Of a stretch of DNA of 64,000 nucleotides, positions 9,778-15,570 are shown in pieces (positions within the stretch are counted from its first letter, which is position 1; every line of letters begins with the position of its first letter). The notes below the pieces were generated by a model that was given only the letters and a program-made list of their open reading frames with translations, did not search any database and was not told where the DNA came from. The position numbers and the translations under genes are program-made. The stretch covers positions 32,001 through 96,000 of IMG/VR virus record IMGVR_UViG_3300046000_004279; one strand, 5' to 3'. The DNA is from a virus.

Positions 9778-9960
9778 ATGAACGGCTTTGACTATCAATC
9801 TGCCACTGAAGTGGCGATTCGTCTTGCTGGTGTTGCTCGTCGTGCCATCCTGTTTGGTCAAAGTCGCGAACGGATCATTGAAGAGATCTTGTTCTTGTCA
9901 GAAGACTACGCTAAGGTCGCTGCACAAATTGAAGTTCACATGGAAAAGGAAGCTGCATAA
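9778..9960 (+). CDS. Hypothetical protein
   Basis: AAGGAGA RBS, ATG 9778. Confidence 0.65.
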   Translation: MNGFDYQSATEVAIRLAGVARRAILFGQSRERIIEEILFLSEDYAKVAAQIEVHMEKEAA

Positions 9961-10142
9961 TGGATAATGTAATGCGTGACGAAGTTGCTCGGTTGTATCC
10001 AGCAAATGTATCAAGTGACTTTGAGAACAATGTTCGCGGTGAGCTCATTGATTGGATTTTGCTTGCACCTACACCAATCAAGTTGACTGGTATGGACATG
10101 AAAGATGTAATTAAAATGTTTTGGAACGAAAGGCTAAACTGA
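9960..10142 (+). CDS. Hypothetical protein
   Basis: Coupled TAATG start. Confidence 0.6.
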   Translation: MDNVMRDEVARLYPANVSSDFENNVRGELIDWILLAPTPIKLTGMDMKDVIKMFWNERLN

Positions 10143-10336
10143 TGGCTGATAGAAATGTAAGTGTTCAAGTAGGTCCTAACTTCTTAGGTCTCTTGACTAT
10201 CGTGTTCATTACCCTTAAACTGACTGGATACATTGCATGGTCGTGGTGGTGGGTTCTTTCGCCGCTGTGGCTGGGTTTTGTTGTAGCCATTACCATATTC
10301 CTCATCATAGCAATTATTGCAGGATTGTTCAAATGA
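10142..10336 (+). CDS. Small membrane protein
   Basis: GLLTIVFITLKLTGYIAWSWWWVLSPLW, a common phage membrane motif. Confidence 0.75.
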   Translation: MADRNVSVQVGPNFLGLLTIVFITLKLTGYIAWSWWWVLSPLWLGFVVAITIFLIIAIIAGLFK

Positions 10337-10710
10337 AAACTCTCGTAGCTATCGCACTACTGTTTGCTACATCTGCTTCCGCAGATACTGTTCGTGCAAC
10401 TATCAAAGACCATTATGAATGGCAAGATGTTAACATACCAATTACGCAGACTTATTGTAAGCAGAAGTCTGGTGGTCAAGGTGCTCTCGAAGGTATGATC
10501 ATTGGTGGTCTACTTGGTAAAGGGATCACTGGTGATGACGAAGGTGCTATTGGTGGTGCAGTTATCGGTGGTATAATCGGTGCTGATAAAGCTGGTCGTA
10601 AGTGTTGGGACGAGACTACATATTACACTGAGACAACTCAAGTGTATGCGTATAGCACGATCACTTTCACTCAAGATGGTCAAACATACACCGTGGACTT
10701 TTATAAATAA
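10333..10710 (+). CDS. Exported glycine-zipper protein
   Basis: Signal peptide MKTLVAIALLFATSASA; GMIIGGLLG...GAVIGGIIG. Confidence 0.75.
   Translation: MKTLVAIALLFATSASADTVRATIKDHYEWQDVNIPITQTYCKQKSGGQGALEGMIIGGLLGKGITGDDEGAIGGAVIGGIIGADKAGRKCWDETTYYTETTQVYAYSTITFTQDGQTYTVDFYK
10702..10709 (+). promoter_or_regulatory. T4-type late promoter
   Basis: TATAAATA immediately before the first tRNA. Confidence 0.65.
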
Positions 10711-10716
10711 GACATT

Positions 10717-10793
10717 GCTTCCGTAGCACAACTGGATAGTGCAAGAGATTTCTACTCTCTAGGTTGTGGGTTCGAGTCCTACCGGAAGCACCA
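10717..10793 (+). tRNA. tRNA-Arg(TCT)
   Basis: Cloverleaf GCTTCCG/CGGAAGC, loop TT-TCT-AC, encoded CCA. Confidence 0.92.
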
Positions 10794-10798
10794 ACATT

Positions 10799-10874
10799 GC
10801 CCATGTAGGCCAAAGGTAGAGTCAGGAGACTTAAAATCTTCACAGTGTCGGTTCGAGTCCGACCATGGGCACCA
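10799..10874 (+). tRNA. tRNA-Leu(TAA), short variable loop
   Basis: GCCCATG/CATGGGC, CT-TAA-AA, CCA. Confidence 0.9.
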
Positions 10875-10892
10875 ATCTTCTAAGGGGTTTAA

Positions 10893-11048
10893 ATGAGTAG
10901 CACAGAGTACGCCGAACTTGCAGGATTGACTATCGCGTTGAGTCGTTTAAGTCTCACCGCTGAAATACATAGAGATAGAGAGTGGGCTTTTGTTACTACT
11001 TGGATGACAGAACGCATCAATAATTTAAACAACAAAAAGAGACCATAA
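10893..11048 (+). CDS. Hypothetical protein (51 aa)
   Basis: AAGGGG RBS; MSSTEYAELAGL... Confidence 0.5.
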   Translation: MSSTEYAELAGLTIALSRLSLTAEIHRDREWAFVTTWMTERINNLNNKKRP

Positions 11049-11221
11049 TGTTTTACGTAAAAGAACACGGATTCTACTATGAAAAAAAGCACGGACCATA
11101 CAGCACGTTGAAGGAAGCTATGGCTAACAAGCCGCCTGACAAGACATTTGGGCGCGAAGAAGCCTGTGTGGTATTTACGATTGAATCTACTGAAGGCACG
11201 GTTCAACTGCTAAACGAATAA
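11048..11221 (+). CDS. Hypothetical protein (57 aa)
   Basis: Coupled TAATG; MFYVKEHGFYYEKKHGPY... Confidence 0.5.
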   Translation: MFYVKEHGFYYEKKHGPYSTLKEAMANKPPDKTFGREEACVVFTIESTEGTVQLLNE

Positions 11222-11222
11222 T

Positions 11223-11313
11223 GGAAGTGGGCGTTAGACGCAAGAGGGACTTATAAACCCTTCAGCAGTAGATGACTGTTCTCGACTGGGAGCGTAACCC
11301 AGCACTTCTACCA
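11223..11313 (+). tRNA. Atypical tRNA with TAT (Ile) anticodon, long variable arm and non-canonical T loop
   Basis: GGAAGTG/CACTTCT-A-CCA, CT-TAT-AA loop, T arm CTGGG-AGCGTAA-CCCAG. Confidence 0.7.
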
Positions 11314-11314
11314 T

Positions 11315-11390
11315 GATCCTATAGCTCAGTGGTTAGAGCTGGGCGCTCATAACGCCTAGGTCCGAGGTTCGAATCCTCGTGGGATCACCA
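11315..11390 (+). tRNA. tRNA-Ile2(CAT), lysidine type; Met less likely
   Basis: GATCCTA/TGGGATC with C4-G69 and C5-G68; CT-CAT-AA; CCA. Confidence 0.8.
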
Positions 11391-11399
11391 TTAAAAATG

Positions 11400-11407
11400 T
11401 ATAAATA
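11400..11407 (+). promoter_or_regulatory. T4-type late promoter
   Basis: TATAAATA. Confidence 0.7.
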
Positions 11408-11427
11408 TATCAAAAATGAGATATCAA

Positions 11428-12483
11428 ATGTTACGTTTTAAAAAAGTCTTTATGGAAAGTGGTTTAAATTCAAAAGCGGGTAACCCTGAGAATTTTGATT
11501 TACACAGTAAAAAATACGACACTGAAGGTGATCGACATACTCAAAAGTATATTGCGCCTTACTTGCCTGGCAAAATTTCTCATGCGCAAGGCACACACAG
11601 AGTAAATGGGGATGTTTCTTCAGATATTCCAAAAGGTTCTAATGTAACAATTCATGGCCATTCAATTGTTAACAACAGGCATCATGTAACTATTTCTGCA
11701 GTTGGAAGTAATAAAAAAGTTACAGTAGCTACAAGCAAACTGAACAAACCCACAGGTTCTACTACCATTGAAAATGAAGGTCATAAGTATGAGAAGTCGA
11801 CATTTGATAGATTTAAAAGTCATGGATTAATTCCTGATGGATATAGTCCAGCTGGATCCACTGCTGGTACGGATGTTCCTATCATAAACAAAAGACAAAA
11901 AACTCACCACCAAGGTCGAATTGTTGCCGATGACAAAGCATTGTTATCAGGCGAAGTTAAAAAAGATACTACAGCAGCATTTGGACAGATAACTGTTAGA
12001 CATGATCCTCAAAAGGGCGGATGGCATATTCCCGATAATAACAGAGGAAAAAGACCCAGCTATGCATCCGAAGTTGAAAAAGCTGGTTTAATAGACCACT
12101 TAAACAAAACCGCCAGTGATCCTACTAAAACGACAAAAACTGCTTCTGGTCGAGTTAAAACTGAAAGAATTACACATCCAGATCTTAAACCCGCAGAATC
12201 ATATTTGACTGATCACCATGTTGACGTGTTACACGTGGGCGGCGGTCATGGTACGTATAGTGTCGGTGAGAAAGATGTTACTGACCACGGTCTACCTAGG
12301 CTATCTGGTAAAGGATTATGGACAATTCGTCAAAAACAAACAGGTGCGAATGCACATAATACTAGAACTATCATGTTCCAGCCACATGGCAAAGCTGGAC
12401 TAAATAATAGTCATATTAATCTTGATGATGATTCGCATATAGAATCTTTCAAGAAAACCTTGGGTCACTCTACTTCGTCATAA
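11428..12483 (+). CDS. Hypothetical late protein; possible capsid-targeted PD-(D/E)xK nuclease
   Basis: MLRFKKVFME start; GHKYEK...GTD...GEVK...FGQ. Confidence 0.55.
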   Translation: MLRFKKVFMESGLNSKAGNPENFDLHSKKYDTEGDRHTQKYIAPYLPGKISHAQGTHRVNGDVSSDIPKGSNVTIHGHSIVNNRHHVTISAVGSNKKVTVATSKLNKPTGSTTIENEGHKYEKSTFDRFKSHGLIPDGYSPAGSTAGTDVPIINKRQKTHHQGRIVADDKALLSGEVKKDTTAAFGQITVRHDPQKGGWHIPDNNRGKRPSYASEVEKAGLIDHLNKTASDPTKTTKTASGRVKTERITHPDLKPAESYLTDHHVDVLHVGGGHGTYSVGEKDVTDHGLPRLSGKGLWTIRQKQTGANAHNTRTIMFQPHGKAGLNNSHINLDDDSHIESFKKTLGHSTSS

Positions 12484-12610
12484 CAATCTATAAAACAGGA
12501 TATTCAAATGGAACCTTTAATAGAAAAGACTTAAGATTGTTCTTGCATCCGCATTTTCATTAAAAACTTCGTTGGATGTTAAAAAGTTTTCATGGAGCGT
12601 AAAAAAACGC

Positions 12611-12640
12611 TTGACTTACAATAACAAAGTACTATATAAT
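12611..12640 (+). promoter_or_regulatory. Sigma70-type promoter of the leader/tRNA operon
   Basis: A-tract, TTGACT-N18-TATAAT. Confidence 0.7.
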
Positions 12641-12670
12641 AGAAGTACGAACAAAGGAACTCTATTGCAA

Positions 12671-12757
12671 ATGACTTCGCTGCATAAACAAAATCAATCC
12701 TGGTTTATGACCCCGCTCTGCGGCGAGTATATTCGCATGTGTGGAGGCTCTATGTAA
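12671..12757 (+). CDS. Putative attenuator leader peptide MTSLHKQNQSWFMTPLCGEYIRMCGGSM
   Basis: AAAGGA RBS, 28 codons; the last codons overlap the antiterminator arm. Confidence 0.65.
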   Translation: MTSLHKQNQSWFMTPLCGEYIRMCGGSM

Positions 12758-12783
12758 CGTATATCAAAGATATACCTTATCAA

Positions 12784-12819
12784 AGAGCCCTCCCAGATGA
12801 AAATCTTGGAGGGTTTTTT
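12784..12819 (+). terminator. Intrinsic terminator (attenuator) just upstream of tRNA-Cys
   Basis: AGAGCCCTCC-C-AGA-TGAAAA-TCT-T-GGAGGG-TTTTTT. Confidence 0.8.
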
Positions 12820-12824
12820 AATAC

Positions 12825-12902
12825 GGTGTGGTGCTCGAGTGGCCCAAGGGAACGGATTGCAAATCCGTAAAGTCGTGAGTTCGAATCTCACCCACACCTC
12901 CA
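12825..12902 (+). tRNA. tRNA-Cys(GCA)
   Basis: GGTGTGG/CCACACC, TT-GCA-AA, U73, CCA. Confidence 0.92.
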
Positions 12903-12904
12903 AT

Positions 12905-12978
12905 GTTGGTGTAGCTCAATGGTAGAGCTGCGGTGGTCAGCACCGTGCGTGAGAGTTCGATTCTCTCCACCTTCGCCA
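12905..12978 (+). tRNA. tRNA-Trp duplicate with altered anticodon loop (GG-TCA-GC)
   Basis: Identical to 13057-13130 except position 26 and 5 loop bases. Confidence 0.6.
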
Positions 12979-12982
12979 ATTC

Positions 12983-13054
12983 GGTGTGGCAGCTTGGTGC
13001 TGACTTGGGTCTCATAAGCCCGAAGAGAAAGTTCGATTCTTTCCCACACCACCA
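12983..13054 (+). tRNA. tRNA-Met(CAT), atypical D arm
   Basis: GGTGTGG/CCACACC-A-CCA, CT-CAT-AA, GAAAG-TTCGATT-CTTTC. Confidence 0.75.
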
Positions 13055-13056
13055 AT

Positions 13057-13130
13057 GTTGGTGTAGCTCAATGGTAGAGCGGCGGTCTCCAAAACCGTGC
13101 GTGAGAGTTCGATTCTCTCCACCTTCGCCA
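13057..13130 (+). tRNA. tRNA-Trp(CCA)
   Basis: GCGGT-CT-CCA-AA-ACCGT, G73, CCA; two U.U pairs in the acceptor stem. Confidence 0.88.
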
Positions 13131-13139
13131 AAATAACTG

Positions 13140-13168
13140 TTGACATTTGTGTAGAAAAGGTCTATATT
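13140..13168 (+). promoter_or_regulatory. Sigma70-type promoter
   Basis: AAATAACTG-TTGACA-N17-TATATT. Confidence 0.8.
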
Positions 13169-13206
13169 AAGTTAACAGGGGGAAATTAATTCGAATCAAT
13201 CTCTCT

Positions 13207-13218
13207 TGCTCTTTCAAA
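13207..13218 (+). promoter_or_regulatory. boxA-like antitermination site
   Basis: TGCTCTTTCAAA ~40 nt after the promoter (rrn boxA is TGCTCTTTAACA). Confidence 0.6.
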
Positions 13219-13266
13219 CTAACTAGAAAATGTCCTAGCGTAAGCGATGATGGACTGGAAACAGAT

Positions 13267-13384
13267 AACTCTGTTTTCATTGGGGTGGTGCTTGGTGCTC
13301 GCTTAGTCTCTTGCAGGAGACGGTGGCTAGCTGCAACTAGTGAGCAAGGTTCGATTCCTTGGCCACCTCATTGAAAACAGAGTT
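13267..13384 (+). ncRNA. Unassigned tRNA-like RNA enclosed in a 13-bp stalk
   Basis: AACTCTGTTTTCA/TGAAAACAGAGTT enclosing TGGGGTGGT/GCCACCTCA and T arm CAAGG-TTCGATT-CCTTG. Confidence 0.65.
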
Positions 13385-13386
13385 TT

Positions 13387-13461
13387 TGGGGGATAGCATA
13401 GTGGTTTTGCAGCAGACTTTGAATCTGTTGATCGTAGGTTCGAATCCTACTCCCCCAACCA
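13387..13461 (+). tRNA. tRNA-Gln(TTG)
   Basis: TGGGGGA/TCCCCCA, CT-TTG-AA, CCA. Confidence 0.9.
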
Positions 13462-13465
13462 ATAT

Positions 13466-13540
13466 GTCTTGGTAGCTCATTGGTAGAGCGAAGGTCTGAA
13501 AAACCTTGCGTAGGGAGTTCGATTCTCCCCCTTGGCACCA
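13466..13540 (+). tRNA. tRNA-Phe(GAA)
   Basis: AAGGT-CT-GAA-AA-ACCTT, CCA; two U.U pairs in the acceptor stem. Confidence 0.88.
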
Positions 13541-13560
13541 TATAACATAAGGAATATACA

Positions 13561-13794
13561 ATGAAGATTGGTGATAAAGTTATCCATACTAAGCAATGGA
13601 ATCAATATAAGGGTTGGGTTGGGACTATTGTGTCGCTTAGTCCATTAATTGAAGGATTTGTTTTTGTTAAGTGGGATACACGTATTGATCCTGATGGTAA
13701 TGTCTTTAAAGATTCTTTAGAATCGGATGGTATGCTTCAACACGTTCTTGAGTTAACACTATACCAACCTGTGTCAGATCCAGCTGCACATTAA
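13561..13794 (+). CDS. Hypothetical protein (SH3/KOW-like)
   Basis: TAAGGA RBS; MKIGDKV...GTIV...VKWD. Confidence 0.65.
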   Translation: MKIGDKVIHTKQWNQYKGWVGTIVSLSPLIEGFVFVKWDTRIDPDGNVFKDSLESDGMLQHVLELTLYQPVSDPAAH

Positions 13795-13815
13795 AAGAAT
13801 TTCTGGCTGAATTTT

Positions 13816-13890
13816 GGTCCTATAGCTCAGTGGTAGAGCAAAGAGCTGATAACTCTTAGGTCAGGTGTTCAATTCACCTTAGGACTACCA
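13816..13890 (+). tRNA. tRNA-Ile(GAT)
   Basis: GGTCCTA/TAGGACT, CT-GAT-AA, CCA. Confidence 0.92.
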
Positions 13891-13927
13891 AAGTCAAACC
13901 TAGTTGATCTCGAAAGTCGCTAGGTCT

Positions 13928-13995
13928 GCTCCTACAAGTGGTTATGCGGTTGTTCGAGCAACTGCATGTGGGATCGTTCCCCACTAGGAGTAACA
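13928..13995 (+). ncRNA. D-armless tRNA-like RNA
   Basis: GCTCCTA/TAGGAGT acceptor, CAAGTGGTT linker, 10-bp stem, T arm GTGGG-ATCGTTC-CCCAC; ends in ACA. Confidence 0.55.
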
Positions 13996-14000
13996 AGTTT

Positions 14001-14085
14001 GGGAGTGACGCATCAAGGTGATGCAGCAGACTGTAAATCTGTGGCGGAAGCGCAACGTTGGGTTCGATTCCCTTCACTCCCACCA
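14001..14085 (+). tRNA. tRNA-Tyr(GTA)
   Basis: GGGAGTG/CACTCCC, CT-GTA-AA, long V arm, CCA. Confidence 0.9.
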
Positions 14086-14092
14086 ACACCAT

Positions 14093-14167
14093 GCAGCATT
14101 TGATTTCTGGTGAGATCGCTATCCTTTCAAGATAGAGAGACGGGATCGTAACCCGTATGCTGTACCA
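14093..14167 (+). tRNA. tRNA-Glu(TTC), ATCGTAA T loop
   Basis: GCAGCAT/ATGCTGT, CT-TTC-AA, CCA. Confidence 0.82.
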
Positions 14168-14170
14168 ATT

Positions 14171-14247
14171 GCCTCCATAGCTCAGCTGGATAGAGTACTG
14201 GTCTTCGAAACCATGGGTCGGGAGTTCGAATCTCTCTGGGGGCTCCA
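14171..14247 (+). tRNA. tRNA-Arg(TCG)
   Basis: GCCTCCA/TGGGGGC, CT-TCG-AA, A20, CCA. Confidence 0.9.
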
Positions 14248-14254
14248 TAACAAT

Positions 14255-14329
14255 GCTGGATAAGGTGTAACGGTTGCACTCCTGATTGTGAGTCAGGCAG
14301 ATGTGGTTCGACTCCACTATCCAGTACCA
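14255..14329 (+). tRNA. tRNA-His(GTG), 8/4 fold, no G-1, A73
   Basis: GCTGGATA/TATCCAGT 8-bp acceptor, GTGG/CCAC 4-bp T stem, TT-GTG-AG. Confidence 0.85.
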
Positions 14330-14334
14330 AGAAT

Positions 14335-14409
14335 GCGGGTGTAACTCAGGGGTAGAGTACTTCGTTGCCAACGAAGCTGTCGTGGGTTCAAATCCCACCA
14401 CCCGCTCCA
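14335..14409 (+). tRNA. tRNA-Gly(GCC)
   Basis: GCGGGTG/CACCCGC, TT-GCC-AA, U73, CCA. Confidence 0.92.
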
Positions 14410-14418
14410 ATATATTAT

Positions 14419-14426
14419 TATAAATA
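14419..14426 (+). promoter_or_regulatory. T4-type late promoter
   Basis: TATAAATA. Confidence 0.7.
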
Positions 14427-14451
14427 TCTTAACATTAGTTAGGAGAATAGT

Positions 14452-14889
14452 ATGAAGAAGTTGTTATTGGTAGCGTTACTGCTACTGCCATCCATTGCTT
14501 TCGCTGAGAAGAAACCAGAAGGCGTAGTACACGATCTAAAGATCATTCGCGTGATTGATGGTGACACTGTAGAGTTTGAAGCACCATTCCTTATTGATCC
14601 ATTGCCTAAGAAGCTATCAATTCGTGTATGGGGTGTTGACACTCCTGAAAAGTCTTTCCGCGCTAAGTGCGAGAAAGAAGCAGCAATGGGTGCAGAAGCT
14701 TCCAAGTTCACAAAGGATCTTCTTGCCAATGCCAAGACCACACAGATCTCAATCTACGAATGGGATAAGTATGGTGGAAGAGTTCTTGGAGATGTTATCA
14801 TTGACGGTAACAGCTTAACGAAGATGTTGCTAGACAAAGGTTATGCTCGTGAATACTATGGTGATGCAAAACAATCTTGGTGTGAGTGA
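14452..14889 (+). CDS. Thermonuclease (SNase family) with signal peptide
   Basis: RVIDGDT, IRVWGVDTPE, DKYGGRVLG; N-terminal signal peptide. Confidence 0.9.
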   Translation: MKKLLLVALLLLPSIAFAEKKPEGVVHDLKIIRVIDGDTVEFEAPFLIDPLPKKLSIRVWGVDTPEKSFRAKCEKEAAMGAEASKFTKDLLANAKTTQISIYEWDKYGGRVLGDVIIDGNSLTKMLLDKGYAREYYGDAKQSWCE

Positions 14890-14895
14890 AAACAG

Positions 14896-15204
14896 ATGCT
14901 TTTAGATATTACACCGAACGCCAAAGAATATCTCACTAAGATGACTGAAGATAACGGTAAGCGATATGTTTACCTTAATGTCAAGGGCGGTGGGTGCAGT
15001 GGGTTCAAATATGAATGGAACTTTACTGATGAAACCGACAAAGGTGCGTTGGTACAAGACATTCTTGTCTTGGATGCTATGGCTGAAATGTTTGTATTTG
15101 GTTGTACTGTGGATTACATTCGCGAGTTAGGCGGTAACTATCTCACAGTATTGAATCCTAACGCAAAAGCAAAATGTGGCTGCGGCGAAAGCTTTGGCAT
15201 ATGA
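14896..15204 (+). CDS. iscA: A-type Fe-S cluster carrier (IscA/HesB)
   Basis: GGGCSGFKY, NPNAKAKCGCGESF. Confidence 0.92.
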   Translation: MLLDITPNAKEYLTKMTEDNGKRYVYLNVKGGGCSGFKYEWNFTDETDKGALVQDILVLDAMAEMFVFGCTVDYIRELGGNYLTVLNPNAKAKCGCGESFGI

Positions 15205-15220
15205 TTAGTGAAAATAACTG

Positions 15221-15249
15221 TTGACATTTGGTTCAGAATAATGTATAAG
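15221..15249 (+). promoter_or_regulatory. Sigma70-type promoter
   Basis: AAATAACTG-TTGACA-N17-TATAAG. Confidence 0.75.
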
Positions 15250-15270
15250 TATACATGTAAGACGAATCAA

Positions 15271-15282
15271 TGCTCTTTGAAA
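15271..15282 (+). promoter_or_regulatory. boxA-like antitermination site
   Basis: TGCTCTTTGAAA ~20 nt after the promoter. Confidence 0.65.
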
Positions 15283-15298
15283 ATTTAGAAACAGAAGT

Positions 15299-15393
15299 GA
15301 TTCTGTTTTCACATGCATCCTGTGAATGAGGGTAGGCCACCCAACACTTTGCGGACTACGCAGAAATGCTGGGGTGCATGTGAAAACAGAGTT
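15299..15393 (+). ncRNA. Unassigned RNA: ~23-bp stalk topped by a three-way junction
   Basis: TTCTGTTTTCACATGCATCC/GGGTGCATGTGAAAACAGAG; inner GGGT/ACCC and TTTGCG/CGCAGA hairpins. Confidence 0.65.
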
Positions 15394-15394
15394 T

Positions 15395-15471
15395 TGCGGG
15401 GTAGACTGGAGGTGGTTCCAGCACGGTCTCATAAGCCGAATACGTAGGTTCGATTCCTGCCCCCGCCACCA
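15395..15471 (+). tRNA. tRNA-Met(CAT), initiator-like
   Basis: TGCGGGG/CCCCGCC with 1:72 mismatch, CT-CAT-AA, CCA. Confidence 0.8.
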
Positions 15472-15477
15472 AAATAC

Positions 15478-15567
15478 GGAGAGCTGGGCGAGTGGTTTAT
15501 GCCTGCAGTCTTGAAAACTGCCGAACGGTGAAACGTTCCGTGAGTTCGAATCTCACGCTCTCCGCCA
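15478..15567 (+). tRNA. tRNA-Ser(TGA)
   Basis: GGAGAGC/GCTCTCC, CT-TGA-AA, long V arm, G73. Confidence 0.92.
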
Positions 15568-15570
15568 GAA

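Noticed and set aside
12508-12534. Mini-ORF MEPLIEKT with AGGA RBS
   Set aside because: Too short and upstream of the attenuator promoter; probably a gene remnant
12905-12978. Genome-wide UGA recoding or selenocysteine tRNA
   Set aside because: Many intact genes end in TGA, no conserved gene is interrupted by TGA, and the RNA lacks U33 and tRNA-Sec architecture
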